A stretch of 64,000 nucleotides of DNA, from NCBI GenBank assembly GCA_964291625.2, contig OZ220089.1, positions 2,304,001-2,368,000 of the forward strand. Direction: 5' to 3'. Under the pieces are notes generated by a model that had not been told where the DNA came from, ran no database searches, and saw only the letters and a list, made by a program, of their open reading frames with translations. The stretch is from Candidatus Latescibacterota bacterium (lineage in GTDB: Bacteria > Latescibacterota > UBA2968 > UBA8231). The number at the start of each line of letters is the position of its first letter. Position 1 is the first letter of the stretch. Below are positions 49,928-64,000 of this stretch, one piece after another. The translations under genes were made by a program, and so were the position numbers.

Positions 49928-50905
49928 ATGCAAACCAAGAAGCTCGGACGGACGGGCCTGGAGGTCTCCATCGTCGGTCTGGGAACCGCCTTCCTCGGCA
50001 TTCCCGGCGCCAACGAGGCGGCCCGGGCCTACTCCGTGCCCGGCGCCCCCTGGGAGGTGGAGGTCGATCCCGAGATGGGCGCCCAGGCCGTCATCGCGGC
50101 CATCGAAGGCGGCTGCACCCTCGTCGACACCGCGCCCCTCTACCTGGCCACCGGGTCGGAGAGGATGATCGGCGACGCCCTGCGCCAGCGCCCCGATCTG
50201 AAGTCCCGGGTCACCGTGACGACGAAGGTGGGCCAACTCTACAACGACATCGACCACTCCAGGGATGCGGTGCTGCGGCACGTGGAGGGGAGCCTCGAGC
50301 GCCTCGGCCTCGAGCGCTTCGACCTGCTCTACATCCACGACGCCATGGACGTGCCCATGGCTCGGGTCATGGCCGACGACGGCGCCCTCGGGGCCCTGCG
50401 CCAACTGCAGGACGAGGGCGTGGTCGCCTGGGTCGGCACGGCGTCCAATGTTCCCGCCACCAACGTGGAGTACATCGAGACCGGAGCCTTCGACGCCGCC
50501 GTGATCCCCGAGTGCTGGAGCCTGCTCAACCAGCGCGCCGCCGAGCGCATCCTGCCGGCGGCGCAGAAGCACGGCGTGGGACTCGTGGGGGCCACGCCCC
50601 TGGAGCGCGGACTGCTGGCCACCGGCCAGGTGCGGGGCCGCAGCTACCTCGCCAGGCGCTTCACGCCCGAGGTCATGGATCACGTCGCCCGCATCCAGGG
50701 GCTCTGCGCCGATCACGGGGTGGCGATGAACGCCGCGGCGCTGCAGTGGTGCACCCGCCATCCCCTGGTGGCCTCGACCATTCCCGGAGCGCGAACCACC
50801 GCCGAGGCCGAGGCCAACGCGGTGGCCGGATCCGCCTCGATCCCCGAGGCCTTCTGGCAGGACCTGGAGCCCCTTGTCCGGCACTTTCCCGTGAGCGAGG
50901 TGTGA
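49928..50905 (+). CDS. Aldo/keto reductase
   Basis: LGRTGL.VS..GLG, DTAPLY, TKVG, SLERL, IPGA. Confidence 0.92.
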   Translation: MQTKKLGRTGLEVSIVGLGTAFLGIPGANEAARAYSVPGAPWEVEVDPEMGAQAVIAAIEGGCTLVDTAPLYLATGSERMIGDALRQRPDLKSRVTVTTKVGQLYNDIDHSRDAVLRHVEGSLERLGLERFDLLYIHDAMDVPMARVMADDGALGALRQLQDEGVVAWVGTASNVPATNVEYIETGAFDAAVIPECWSLLNQRAAERILPAAQKHGVGLVGATPLERGLLATGQVRGRSYLARRFTPEVMDHVARIQGLCADHGVAMNAAALQWCTRHPLVASTIPGARTTAEAEANAVAGSASIPEAFWQDLEPLVRHFPVSEV

Positions 50906-50959
50906 CCCGCCGAGGCCGACCGCCGGCCTCGGACCTACACCATCGAAGAGGAGGACATC

Positions 50960-51265
50960 ATGGCTGTGCGAATCGACGCGAAGAGCACGAAGCTGTCCGA
51001 GTCGACGAAGGAGCACATCGAGGGGGTCTGCGCCAAGTTCGACCAGTTCTTCGACCGCATCGTCGACACCGAGGTCATCCTCGACACGCAGGCGAAGCAC
51101 CGGCACGCCACGTCGGTGGAGATCATCGTCAAGGTTCCCAACCAGCGCATCGTGGGCAAGGGAGAGACGGCGGACAACAACCTCTTCAAGGCCGTCGACG
51201 ACGCCGCCCACCGCGTCGAGTCCCAGCTCAAGAAGTACCACGACAAGCTCGTGGCCCGTCGCTGA
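50960..51265 (+). CDS. hpf: Ribosome hibernation factor (short HPF/RaiA)
   Basis: HPF-like pattern ending NLFKAVDDA..RVESQLKKYHDK; RBS GAGGAGG. Confidence 0.88.
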   Translation: MAVRIDAKSTKLSESTKEHIEGVCAKFDQFFDRIVDTEVILDTQAKHRHATSVEIIVKVPNQRIVGKGETADNNLFKAVDDAAHRVESQLKKYHDKLVARR

Positions 51266-51292
51266 CGCGCCGGGAAACCTCCAGCGGCTTCC

Positions 51293-52636
51293 ATGATCGG
51301 CCGGTTCCGGCTCGAAGAGCACGGCACCACCGTGCGGCGCGAGGTCCGCGCCGGGGTGACCACGTTCCTGACGATGTCCTACATCGTCGTCGTGAATCCC
51401 CTCATCCTGTCGCAGGCGGGCATGCCGGCCGACGGGGTCCTGGCGGCGACCTGCCTGGCGGCCGCGCTCGGCAGCGCCCTCATGGGCCTGCTGACCAACT
51501 ACCCCTTCGCCCTGGCCCCGGGCATGGGGCTGAACGCCTTCTTCACCTACACCGTCGTGCTCTCCCTGGGCCTGCCCTGGCAGGGAGCCCTGGCCGCGGT
51601 CTTCGTGTCGGGGGTGATCTTCCTGGGGCTGACGCTGACGCGGCTGCGCGAGGCGGTGGTCAACGCCATCCCCCTGGGCCTGAAGTGCGCCATCAGCGTC
51701 GGGATCGGGTTCTTCATCGCCCTCATCGGGCTGAAGAACGCCGGCCTCGTCGTGTTCCATCCGGGCACCGGCAGTCTCGGCCTGGTGGACGGCCGCTACT
51801 TCGACGACGCCGAGTTGCGCGCCCTGCTCCCGCCGGGCACCTCCATGGCCAGCATCGGCGTGGCCCTCGCGGGGCTGGCGGTCACCGCCGCCCTCGTCGT
51901 GCGCCGCGTCCGGGGAGCGCTGCTGTGGGGCATGGTCGTCACCACCCTCGTCGGCCTGCCCCTGGGGGTGACCGGAAGCGGCACGGGGGGTATCGTCAGC
52001 TGGCCCACGGGGCTGGGCGAGACCTTCCTCGCCCTCGACTTCGCGGCGCTCACGGGCGCCGGCCTGCTGACGGTGATCCTCACCTTCACCTTCGTCGACC
52101 TCTTCGACACCACCGGCACCCTCGTCGGCCTGGCGGGGAAGGCCGGCTACCTCGACGAGCAGGGACGGCTGCCGCGAGCCCGCCGGGCGCTGATGGCAGA
52201 CTCCCTGGCCACCATGGGGGGCGCGCTCTTCGGGACCAACACCACCACCACCTACGTCGAGAGCGCAGCCGGCGTCGCCGACGGGGGCCGCACCGGGCTG
52301 ACGGCGCTGACCACGGCGGCCCTGTTCCTCGTGGCCCTGTTCTTCGCGCCCCTCGTGGGCCACGTGCCGGCGGTGGCCACGGCGCCGGTGCTGGTGATCG
52401 TCGGCGTCTTCATGATGGAGCCGGTGACCCGCATCGACTTCACGGACTACGCCGAGGCCGTGCCCGCCTTCCTGACGATCGCCGCCATGCCCCTGACCTA
52501 CTCGATCTCCGAGGGCATCGCCGCCGGGCTCCTGTCCTACACGCTGCTGGCCGTCGTCCGCGGCCGGGCGGGCCGGCTGGGGCCGGCCCTCTGGGTGCTC
52601 AGCGCCCTCTTCGTCATCCGCTACGTCTTCACCTGA
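51293..52636 (+). CDS. NCS2 family (AzgA/PbuG-like) purine permease
   Basis: AGVTTFLTMSYI, APGMGLNAFF, FDTTGT, YVESAAGV..GGRTG. Confidence 0.93.
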   Translation: MIGRFRLEEHGTTVRREVRAGVTTFLTMSYIVVVNPLILSQAGMPADGVLAATCLAAALGSALMGLLTNYPFALAPGMGLNAFFTYTVVLSLGLPWQGALAAVFVSGVIFLGLTLTRLREAVVNAIPLGLKCAISVGIGFFIALIGLKNAGLVVFHPGTGSLGLVDGRYFDDAELRALLPPGTSMASIGVALAGLAVTAALVVRRVRGALLWGMVVTTLVGLPLGVTGSGTGGIVSWPTGLGETFLALDFAALTGAGLLTVILTFTFVDLFDTTGTLVGLAGKAGYLDEQGRLPRARRALMADSLATMGGALFGTNTTTTYVESAAGVADGGRTGLTALTTAALFLVALFFAPLVGHVPAVATAPVLVIVGVFMMEPVTRIDFTDYAEAVPAFLTIAAMPLTYSISEGIAAGLLSYTLLAVVRGRAGRLGPALWVLSALFVIRYVFT

Positions 52637-52664
52637 CGGCGCGGGTGGACGCCGCCGCTCCCTC

Positions 52665-53240
52665 TCATCCCACGTAGATCGCCTCGTCCGGCCAGTCGGC
52701 GGCCAGTCGGGCTCCCTCCATGTTGACCGCGGGCAGGTAGTTGTGCTCGCGGCGGATGAGCCCGAGGACGCGCATGGTCCGCACCTCCTCGATGCAGTCG
52801 TCGCCGTGGTTGTTGCGGATCGACGGGATGATCTGGACCTGGAGGCTGTCGGTCACGTCGGAGTCGGAAGCTCCCTCCACGACCATCACCAGGGCGATGT
52901 GGCCATCGGTCTCGGCCAGGTAGCTGTCGCGGATCAGCTCGGAGAACACGTTGGCCACGTTGGGCTCCTCGCGGATCTCCTGCTCGACCTGGGCCCGGGT
53001 CACACCCAGCCGGAACTTGATGATGACCATGTGCCGGGTGGTACGCCCCGCGCCCGGGGAACCCTCCCGGTCGACGGCCGCGTAGTACTTCAGGACCCCC
53101 CGCTCCTCGAGCCGCTGGCGCTTGCGCCGCACCGAGCGCACCGGAACCCCGGTCTCCCTGGCGATACGGTTTTCCGGGGCCCTGGGACTGCGGATCAGGG
53201 CACGAAGGATGAGCCGCTCCTGCTCGTCGAGATCATGCAT
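52665..53240 (-). CDS. Lrp/AsnC family transcriptional regulator
   Basis: LDEQERLILRAL, HTH, LEERGVL; divergent from gltB. Confidence 0.75.
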   Translation of the reverse strand: MHDLDEQERLILRALIRSPRAPENRIARETGVPVRSVRRKRQRLEERGVLKYYAAVDREGSPGAGRTTRHMVIIKFRLGVTRAQVEQEIREEPNVANVFSELIRDSYLAETDGHIALVMVVEGASDSDVTDSLQVQIIPSIRNNHGDDCIEEVRTMRVLGLIRREHNYLPAVNMEGARLAADWPDEAIYVG

Positions 53241-53349
53241 GGCCTTATTTGTACCTTTGAATAGGGGCGAACGACCAATTTAGGCCATATTTCGCCATTG
53301 TGGTAGACCTAACCAACCGATTCCACCCCGAATCCTGGCAAGAAGATCG

Positions 53350-53378
53350 TTGACATCATCCTCCGCCAGGGCTATGTT
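53350..53378 (+). promoter_or_regulatory. gltBD promoter
   Basis: TTGACA-17 bp-TATGTT. Confidence 0.7.
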
Positions 53379-53453
53379 ACGCCGTTCACTTCGAGAAACG
53401 AGCCCTCCGCGCCCCTCCTCCCACGCAAGGGCGCCTCCCCAAAGGATCCCCAT

Positions 53454-58055
<4,602 letters not shown>

Positions 58056-58075
58056 CGAGAGGGCGATTCCCGGAC

Positions 58076-59563
58076 ATGGGCAAACCGACCGGATTCATGG
58101 AGTTCGAGCGCGAGCTGCCGGCCGACCGCGACCCCGTCGAGCGCCTGCGGGACTTCGACGAGTTCCACCGGCACCTGAGCGACGAGCGGGTCCGCGACCA
58201 GGGGGCCCGGTGCATGGACTGCGGGATCCCCTTCTGCCACACCGGGACGACCCTGCCCGAGGACTCGCCCTTCGCCTCGGGCTGTCCCATCAACAACCTG
58301 ATCCCCGAGTGGAACGACCTCGTCTACCGCGGCATGTGGCAGGAGGCGCTCGAGCGCCTGCACAAGACCAACAACTTCCCCGAGTTCACCGGGCGAGTCT
58401 GCCCGGCCCCGTGCGAGGGCTCGTGCGTGCTGGGCATCAACGAGCCGGCGGTGACGATCAAGAACATCGAGGTCTCCATCATCGACAAGGCCTGGGGCGA
58501 GGGCTGGGTCGTCCCGGAACCGCCGGAGCGGCGCACGGGCAAGCGGGTGGCCGTCGTCGGCTCCGGTCCCGCGGGCCTCTGCTGCGCCATGCAGCTGAAC
58601 CGCGCCGGCCACCGGGTCACCGTGTACGAGCGTTCCGACCGGGCCGGCGGGCTGCTGATGTACGGCATCCCCAACATGAAGCTGGACAAGCGCCTCGTGC
58701 AGCGGCGGATCGACCAGATGGCGGCCGAGGGCGTCACCTTCGTGACCAGCACCGAGGTCGGCGTCGACATCGAGGCGCAGCAACTCGTTGAGGACTTCGA
58801 CGCCGTGGTGCTGTGCACCGGGGCCCTGAAGCCGCGCGACCTCGACGTGCCGGGCCGCCAGCTCGAGGGCGTCCACCAGGCCCTGGACTTCCTCCACGTC
58901 AACACCAAGTCGCTGCTCGACTCGGGGCTCGCCGACGGCGAGTACATCTCGGCGAAGGACAGGAACGTCATCGTCCTGGGGGGCGGGGACACCGGCACCG
59001 ACTGCGTCGGCACCTCCCTGCGCCACGGCTGCAGGAGCCTCTTCCAGTTCGACATCATCCCGGCGCCGCCGGACGAGCGCACCGCCGGCAACCCCTGGCC
59101 GGAGTGGCCGAAGGTCTACAACCTCGACTACGGCCAGGAAGAGGCCGCCGCCCTCTTCGGCGACGACCCCCGCAAGTACCTGCTGAGCACCGTGGAGCTC
59201 CTCGACGACGGCGGCGGCCGCCTCCGCGGCCTGGTGACCCGCGACGTGGAGTGGGTGCCCGATGGCGGCCGCCCCTTCCGCGAGGTGCCCGGCACCGAGA
59301 AGGAGTGGCCGGCGGAGTTGGTGCTGCTCTCCATGGGCTGGCTGGGCCCGCAGGACACCCTGCCCGACGCCCTGGCCCTGGAGCGGGACCCGCGCTCGAA
59401 CGTCAAGGCCGAGGAGGGCCGGTACGCCACCAGCGTCCCCGGCGTCTTCGCCGCCGGCGACGTGCGCCGCGGCATGAGCCTGGTGGTCTGGGCCTTCAAG
59501 GAGGGCCGGGAGGCCGCCCGCGAGTGCGACCGCTACCTGATGGGCACCACCAGCCTGCCCTGA
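58076..59563 (+). CDS. gltD: Glutamate synthase small subunit
   Basis: [41 protein letters not shown]. Confidence 0.97.
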   Translation: MGKPTGFMEFERELPADRDPVERLRDFDEFHRHLSDERVRDQGARCMDCGIPFCHTGTTLPEDSPFASGCPINNLIPEWNDLVYRGMWQEALERLHKTNNFPEFTGRVCPAPCEGSCVLGINEPAVTIKNIEVSIIDKAWGEGWVVPEPPERRTGKRVAVVGSGPAGLCCAMQLNRAGHRVTVYERSDRAGGLLMYGIPNMKLDKRLVQRRIDQMAAEGVTFVTSTEVGVDIEAQQLVEDFDAVVLCTGALKPRDLDVPGRQLEGVHQALDFLHVNTKSLLDSGLADGEYISAKDRNVIVLGGGDTGTDCVGTSLRHGCRSLFQFDIIPAPPDERTAGNPWPEWPKVYNLDYGQEEAAALFGDDPRKYLLSTVELLDDGGGRLRGLVTRDVEWVPDGGRPFREVPGTEKEWPAELVLLSMGWLGPQDTLPDALALERDPRSNVKAEEGRYATSVPGVFAAGDVRRGMSLVVWAFKEGREAARECDRYLMGTTSLP

Positions 59564-59611
59564 GGGCCGGCGGGCCCGACAGCCTTCTAACCCCCCAGAA
59601 GAAGGGTACAG

Positions 59612-60532
59612 TTGAAACGCCTCGGAAAGCTGGCACGGGTGGACCTTCGGGAAGTCTGGCCGAACGAAGCCGGTGACTTCACGCCATGGCTAGCAAGGGA
59701 GGAGAACCTCGAGTCCCTCGGTGATGCCCTTGGGATGGAGATAGAACTCGAGGCCACCGAAAAGAAGGCTGGTCCCTACTCCACAGATATCCTCTGCAAG
59801 AGCGAGGATGGGAACATCGTCATTGAGAACCAGCTTGAAACGACAAATCACGATCACTTGGGCAAACTCCTGACCTACGCTGCGCATTTCAACGCCCATA
59901 CCTTAGTGTGGGTCGCCAAGGAATTCACTGATCAGCACCGAGCGGCCATCGACTGGCTCAACGAGAACTCGACCCAGGGCACCCGATACTTCGGTCTCGA
60001 GATCGAAGTCTGGCGCATCGGGGAGTCAGAGCCCGCGCCCAAGTTCAACATTGTCGCTCGACCGAACGATTGGACCAGAGCCAGGAAGGCTCTAACCAAG
60101 GACCAGCAGCTTCGAGTAGAATTCTGGACCGGCTTCCGTGCCCACCTTGCTGCCAACGCAACGCGAGTAGAATCGACTTCCGATGCAAAGGGAGGCGGCC
60201 CTGTCCCGTGGATGAGACCCTGTCATGTGGCAGTTCCCGGCTTCAACCTCGTCGCGGCGACCTTTGTCAAGAAGAAAGAGATAAGGGCTACCCTGAGAAT
60301 CAGAAAGGGAGCCAAGACGGACGGTTACTTCTCGCAGCTTGAAGCCCAACGGGACCGCATCGAGCAGGAGATAGGCCGGGAACTGATTTGGGAGAAACCC
60401 ACCATCTATCTTCGACAGGACGGTGACCTTTACGATGAGGACGCTTGGTCCCAGCAGTATGCGTGGCTTCTCGATGGACTGGAAGACCTTCACCGGGGCT
60501 TTGAGAGCCCGGTTCGCGATCTTCCCACCTAG
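59612..60532 (+). CDS. DUF4268-domain protein with N-terminal PD-(D/E)xK-like (NucS-like) domain, lower GC
   Basis: LREVWPNEA.DFTPWL, DILC, IENQL..TNHDHLGKLLTYAA, FWT.F, IEQEIG..LIW. Confidence 0.8.
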   Translation: MKRLGKLARVDLREVWPNEAGDFTPWLAREENLESLGDALGMEIELEATEKKAGPYSTDILCKSEDGNIVIENQLETTNHDHLGKLLTYAAHFNAHTLVWVAKEFTDQHRAAIDWLNENSTQGTRYFGLEIEVWRIGESEPAPKFNIVARPNDWTRARKALTKDQQLRVEFWTGFRAHLAANATRVESTSDAKGGGPVPWMRPCHVAVPGFNLVAATFVKKKEIRATLRIRKGAKTDGYFSQLEAQRDRIEQEIGRELIWEKPTIYLRQDGDLYDEDAWSQQYAWLLDGLEDLHRGFESPVRDLPT

Positions 60533-60607
60533 CCGACAAACACATTGCAGCTAGGCCTCCTCACAGGGGCGCGCCTCTCGACAACCTACCCTTACTCCGC
60601 GCAAGAC

Positions 60608-61054
<447 letters not shown>

Positions 61055-61075
61055 GCCCGCCCTCCTCCCGAACCC

Positions 61076-61146
61076 CTGAACACGTTTAACACGCTGCTCC
61101 CGATCCCCTGTTGACACTGTGGGGACCTCCGGTTAACGTCGTTCAC
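61076..61146 (+). promoter_or_regulatory. Promoter and probable TetR operators of the efflux operon
   Basis: TTGACA(61111)-17 bp-TAACGT(61134); imperfect palindrome GTTAAC-N3-GTTCAC over the -10 and a related inverted copy at 61076-61090. Confidence 0.7.
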
Positions 61147-61148
61147 TC

Positions 61149-63221
61149 ATGGACCGGAGCGACATCCTCACGAGGGCCTGCGAGCTCTACCTGGAGGACG
61201 GCGTCGAAGCCGTCTCCATGCGCCGGTTGGCCCGCGATCTCGGGGTGACGGCCCCGGCCCTCTACCGCCACTACGCCAGCCGCGAGGAGATGCTCCTCGA
61301 CGTCGTCGCCGAAGCCTACCGGCGGCTGAGCGAGCGCCTCTACGGCGCCCTCTCGGGCCGCACCCCCGCCCAGCGGTTGTTCCTGGCGGGGCAGGCCTAC
61401 CTCGACTTCGCCCTCGATCAGCCGAAGTACTACGAGATGCTCTACACGCCAGCCCACACCCTCGGCGCCGAGGCCTTCCCGGAGCAGGTGACGGAGCAGG
61501 TCGCCAGCGTCGGCCGGTTCTTCAACGACCGCGTGCGCGAGTGCATCGACGCCGGCCTCTTCCAGCCCATCGATCCCGCCGACGTCTCCGGCACCCTGTG
61601 GGCCCACGCCCACGGCCTGATCTCCATCTACCTGCGCGGCTGCCTCGACATGGACGCCGAGGAGTTCCGCCGCCACTACCGGGCCTCGAGCCGGCGGGCG
61701 ATCACCGGCATGGCCACCCCCGCCTACGAGGTGGAGATGGACCGCGCCGTCGAGAGTCTGTCGCAGTCGACGGCCGCCCCCGCCTCCGGCGGCAGGGGCC
61801 GCCTGCGCGCCCGGGTCTCGTCCGCCCTGACCTGGCTCCTGGTGGGCTGGGGGGCGCCCGTTGCCGCGGAGGGCGCCTCCCCCGGCGGCGAGCTGCTGCT
61901 GGGCATCGACGAGGCCGTCGAGCTGGCCCTGGAGCGCAGCCGCGAGCTGGAGGAAGCCCGCCTGCTCCTGACCGAGGCCGAGGAGCAGAGCGCCGAGGCC
62001 TGGGGGGACGTCTGGCCGCGCGTCGACTTCTCGGCCAGCTACGTGCGCAACATCTCGCCGCCGGTCTCCTTCGTGCCGGCGAGGATCTTCAACCCCGGAG
62101 CCCCCCCCGGGGAGTTCATCTCCCTGGAGTTCGGCGCCGACAACAGCTGGCAGAGCGCCGTCACCCTGCGCCAGCCTCTCTTCGACCCGAGGGCCCTCGT
62201 CGGCCTCGGCGCCGCCGGTGAGTTCCTGCGGCTGCGCGCGGAGATGGTCCGCGGCCAGTCGCAGCAGGTGGCGACCCGGGTGCGCCTGCTCTGCTACGAC
62301 CTGCTGCTGCGGGGCGAGGAGGTGCGCCTCACCGAGCGGTCCCTCGACCGCCTGCGGCTGGCCCTGGAGGAGACGCGCGGCCGGGCCCGGGCGGGCCTGG
62401 CCTCCGACTACGACGTGCTGCGCCTCGAGGTCGAGCTGGCCAACCTCGAGCCGAGACTGCTCGAGGCCCGCAACGCCCGGGCCTCGGCGCGCCGCCGGCT
62501 GGGCCTGGAGCTGGCCCTCGACGAACCCGGCCGCCTGCGGTTGTCCGAGGCCACAACCCTCACGGCCGCGGAGTCGGCACCGGATCTGCCGGACGGGGAC
62601 CTCCTGCTGACGGCGCTGGCTCACCGCTCCGACGTGCGCCAGCTCGAGCAGACCGCCGAGCTGGGCCGGCGGCAGGTTCGGCTCGAGCAGGTGGAGTACC
62701 TGCCCAAGATCTCCCTCTTCGCCACCTGGGACGTGCAGGCGCAGCAGGACGGCCGACCGGACTTCTTCGGCAGCGCCCGCACCCGCGCCACCAGCAAGAT
62801 GGCCGGCCTCTCCGTGGAGCTGCCCCTGTTCAGCGGCCTGCAGCGGGACGCCCGCATCGACCAGAGGCAGGCCGCCCTGCGGCAGGTGCAGGTCCGGGCC
62901 CGGATGGCCCGCGACCAGGCGGCGGTCCAGATCCGGGATCTGGAGGAGGCCCTGGCCGAGGCCGACCGGCGCGAGGAAGGCCAGCGCCTCGCCGTGGCCC
63001 AGGCCCGGCGGGGGTGGGAGATCGCCAGCGCCCGCTTCCGCGAGGGAGTGGGAAGCCGGCTCGAGGTGACCGACGCCGAGGTCGCCCTGCGGCAGAGCGA
63101 ATTCAACATGGCCCGGGCGGCCCACGACCGGCTCGCCCGTCGGGCCCAGCTGGGCCTCGCCATCGGACGGGTGCCCCCCGTCGACGGCGAGGCCGCCATC
63201 GACCCGGAGGAGACGGAGTGA
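61149..63221 (+). CDS. TetR-family regulator fused in frame to a TolC-family outer-membrane efflux protein
   Basis: aa1-196: SMRRLARDLGVTAPALYRHY and LWAHAHGL; aa~241-690: EAVELAL, WPRVD, YLPKISL, LPLFSG, RFREGVGSRLEV.DAE; no stop codon between the two. Confidence 0.88.
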   Translation: MDRSDILTRACELYLEDGVEAVSMRRLARDLGVTAPALYRHYASREEMLLDVVAEAYRRLSERLYGALSGRTPAQRLFLAGQAYLDFALDQPKYYEMLYTPAHTLGAEAFPEQVTEQVASVGRFFNDRVRECIDAGLFQPIDPADVSGTLWAHAHGLISIYLRGCLDMDAEEFRRHYRASSRRAITGMATPAYEVEMDRAVESLSQSTAAPASGGRGRLRARVSSALTWLLVGWGAPVAAEGASPGGELLLGIDEAVELALERSRELEEARLLLTEAEEQSAEAWGDVWPRVDFSASYVRNISPPVSFVPARIFNPGAPPGEFISLEFGADNSWQSAVTLRQPLFDPRALVGLGAAGEFLRLRAEMVRGQSQQVATRVRLLCYDLLLRGEEVRLTERSLDRLRLALEETRGRARAGLASDYDVLRLEVELANLEPRLLEARNARASARRRLGLELALDEPGRLRLSEATTLTAAESAPDLPDGDLLLTALAHRSDVRQLEQTAELGRRQVRLEQVEYLPKISLFATWDVQAQQDGRPDFFGSARTRATSKMAGLSVELPLFSGLQRDARIDQRQAALRQVQVRARMARDQAAVQIRDLEEALAEADRREEGQRLAVAQARRGWEIASARFREGVGSRLEVTDAEVALRQSEFNMARAAHDRLARRAQLGLAIGRVPPVDGEAAIDPEETE

Positions 63222-64000
63222 GAGATCCCCTGCCCTGGGGGCGCCGAGTCCGCGGCGCCCTGTTGCCGGCCGCCGCCGCGGCCCTGCTCGCCCTCGGCGG
63301 CTGCGGAGAGGCGCCGGCCGCGGACGAGTCCGCCGCCATGGAGGACACCGACACCCGCCGCGTCATCAACGTCGAGGTCGAGACCCTGGCGCCGCGCCCC
63401 TTCACCGACATGATCCGCCTCACCGGCACGGTCAACGCCGACCGGGAGGTGACCGTGGCCGCCGAGGAGGGCGGGACCGTGGCCGCGATCCTGGCCGACA
63501 AGGGCGACGGGGTGCGCCGCGGGCAGGCCCTGGTCCGTCTCGACGACGAGCTGCTGCGCGCCCAGCGCGGCGAGGCCCAGGCCCAGGCGGCCCTGGCGGC
63601 CGACCGCTGGGCGCGCAAGAAGCAGCTCTACGAGGAGGAGGACATCGGCACCGAAGGGGAGTACGTCGAGGCCCGTCTCGCCGCCGAGCAGACCCGGGCC
63701 CGGCTGGAGCTGATCGAAGCGCGGCTCCGGCGCACCGTGGTGCGGGCGCCCTTCGACGGGCTCCTCGACCAGCGCCTCGTGGAGGTCGGCTCCGTCATCG
63801 CCCCTGGCCAGGCGGTGGCCCACATCCTCGACCTGGAGCCGCTCAAGGTGACCGCCGGCGTTCCCGAACGCTACGCGGCGGAGGTGAGCGCCGGCGACCC
63901 GGCGACGGTCGCCTTCGCCGATCTCGCGGACACCTGCGCGGCCGCGGTGACCTACGTGGGGGCCGCCATCGACGGCCGCCACCGCACCTTCCCCGTCGAG
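63218..64000 (+). CDS. RND efflux periplasmic adaptor (membrane fusion protein), 3' truncated
   Basis: GTG overlapping the upstream TGA; lipobox LGGC; GDGVRRGQAL and VRAPFDG lipoyl motifs. Confidence 0.9.
   Translation, partial: MRDPLPWGRRVRGALLPAAAAALLALGGCGEAPAADESAAMEDTDTRRVINVEVETLAPRPFTDMIRLTGTVNADREVTVAAEEGGTVAAILADKGDGVRRGQALVRLDDELLRAQRGEAQAQAALAADRWARKKQLYEEEDIGTEGEYVEARLAAEQTRARLELIEARLRRTVVRAPFDGLLDQRLVEVGSVIAPGQAVAHILDLEPLKVTAGVPERYAAEVSAGDPATVAFADLADTCAAAVTYVGAAIDGRHRTFPVE

Overview
High-GC bacterial chromosome segment. A Bacteroidota/Chlorobi-type SecA insertion, PorV-like barrels, FlgD-Ig C-terminal domains and multiple PhyH, Gfo/Idh/MocA, ankyrin and LamG genes suggest an FCB-group organism such as Latescibacterota or Gemmatimonadota, possibly a marine invertebrate symbiont; this is inference only. 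The left 15 kb is accessory-like: Fic, metallophosphoesterase, M14 peptidase, crcB, two ABC permeases without an ATPase, a tandem pentraxin-like secreted protein, ThuA, an ankyrin-PhyH-Gfo-Gfo operon and vapBC, ending at tRNA-Ala(GGC). The middle is a long minus-strand block: fmt, yajC, tgt, an envelope cluster (two PorV-like barrels, site-2 protease, paralogous lipoproteins, frameshifted FlgD-Ig propeller protein), PHP, CocE/NonD, rhaB, purC, GT2, secA, and nusB-rib genes headed by an S55 protease and a propeller partner. The right part holds ftsY, gltA, an aldo/keto reductase, hpf, an NCS2 permease, Lrp-gltBD, a lower-GC DUF4268-like nuclease, a SEC-C protein and an efflux operon. The most unusual items are (1) a single ORF fusing a TetR repressor to a TolC channel through an internal signal-peptide-like linker, (2) a bacterial protein with two pentraxin-like domains retaining the calcium-site motifs, (3) a T9SS-like PorV/cargo cluster, (4) an S55 protease module apparently co-transcribed with riboflavin genes, (5) a degenerate RibB domain, and (6) a probable CTG start for fmt. 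All calls come from manual motif reading; no database searches were run, and many start codons were re-chosen by eye.
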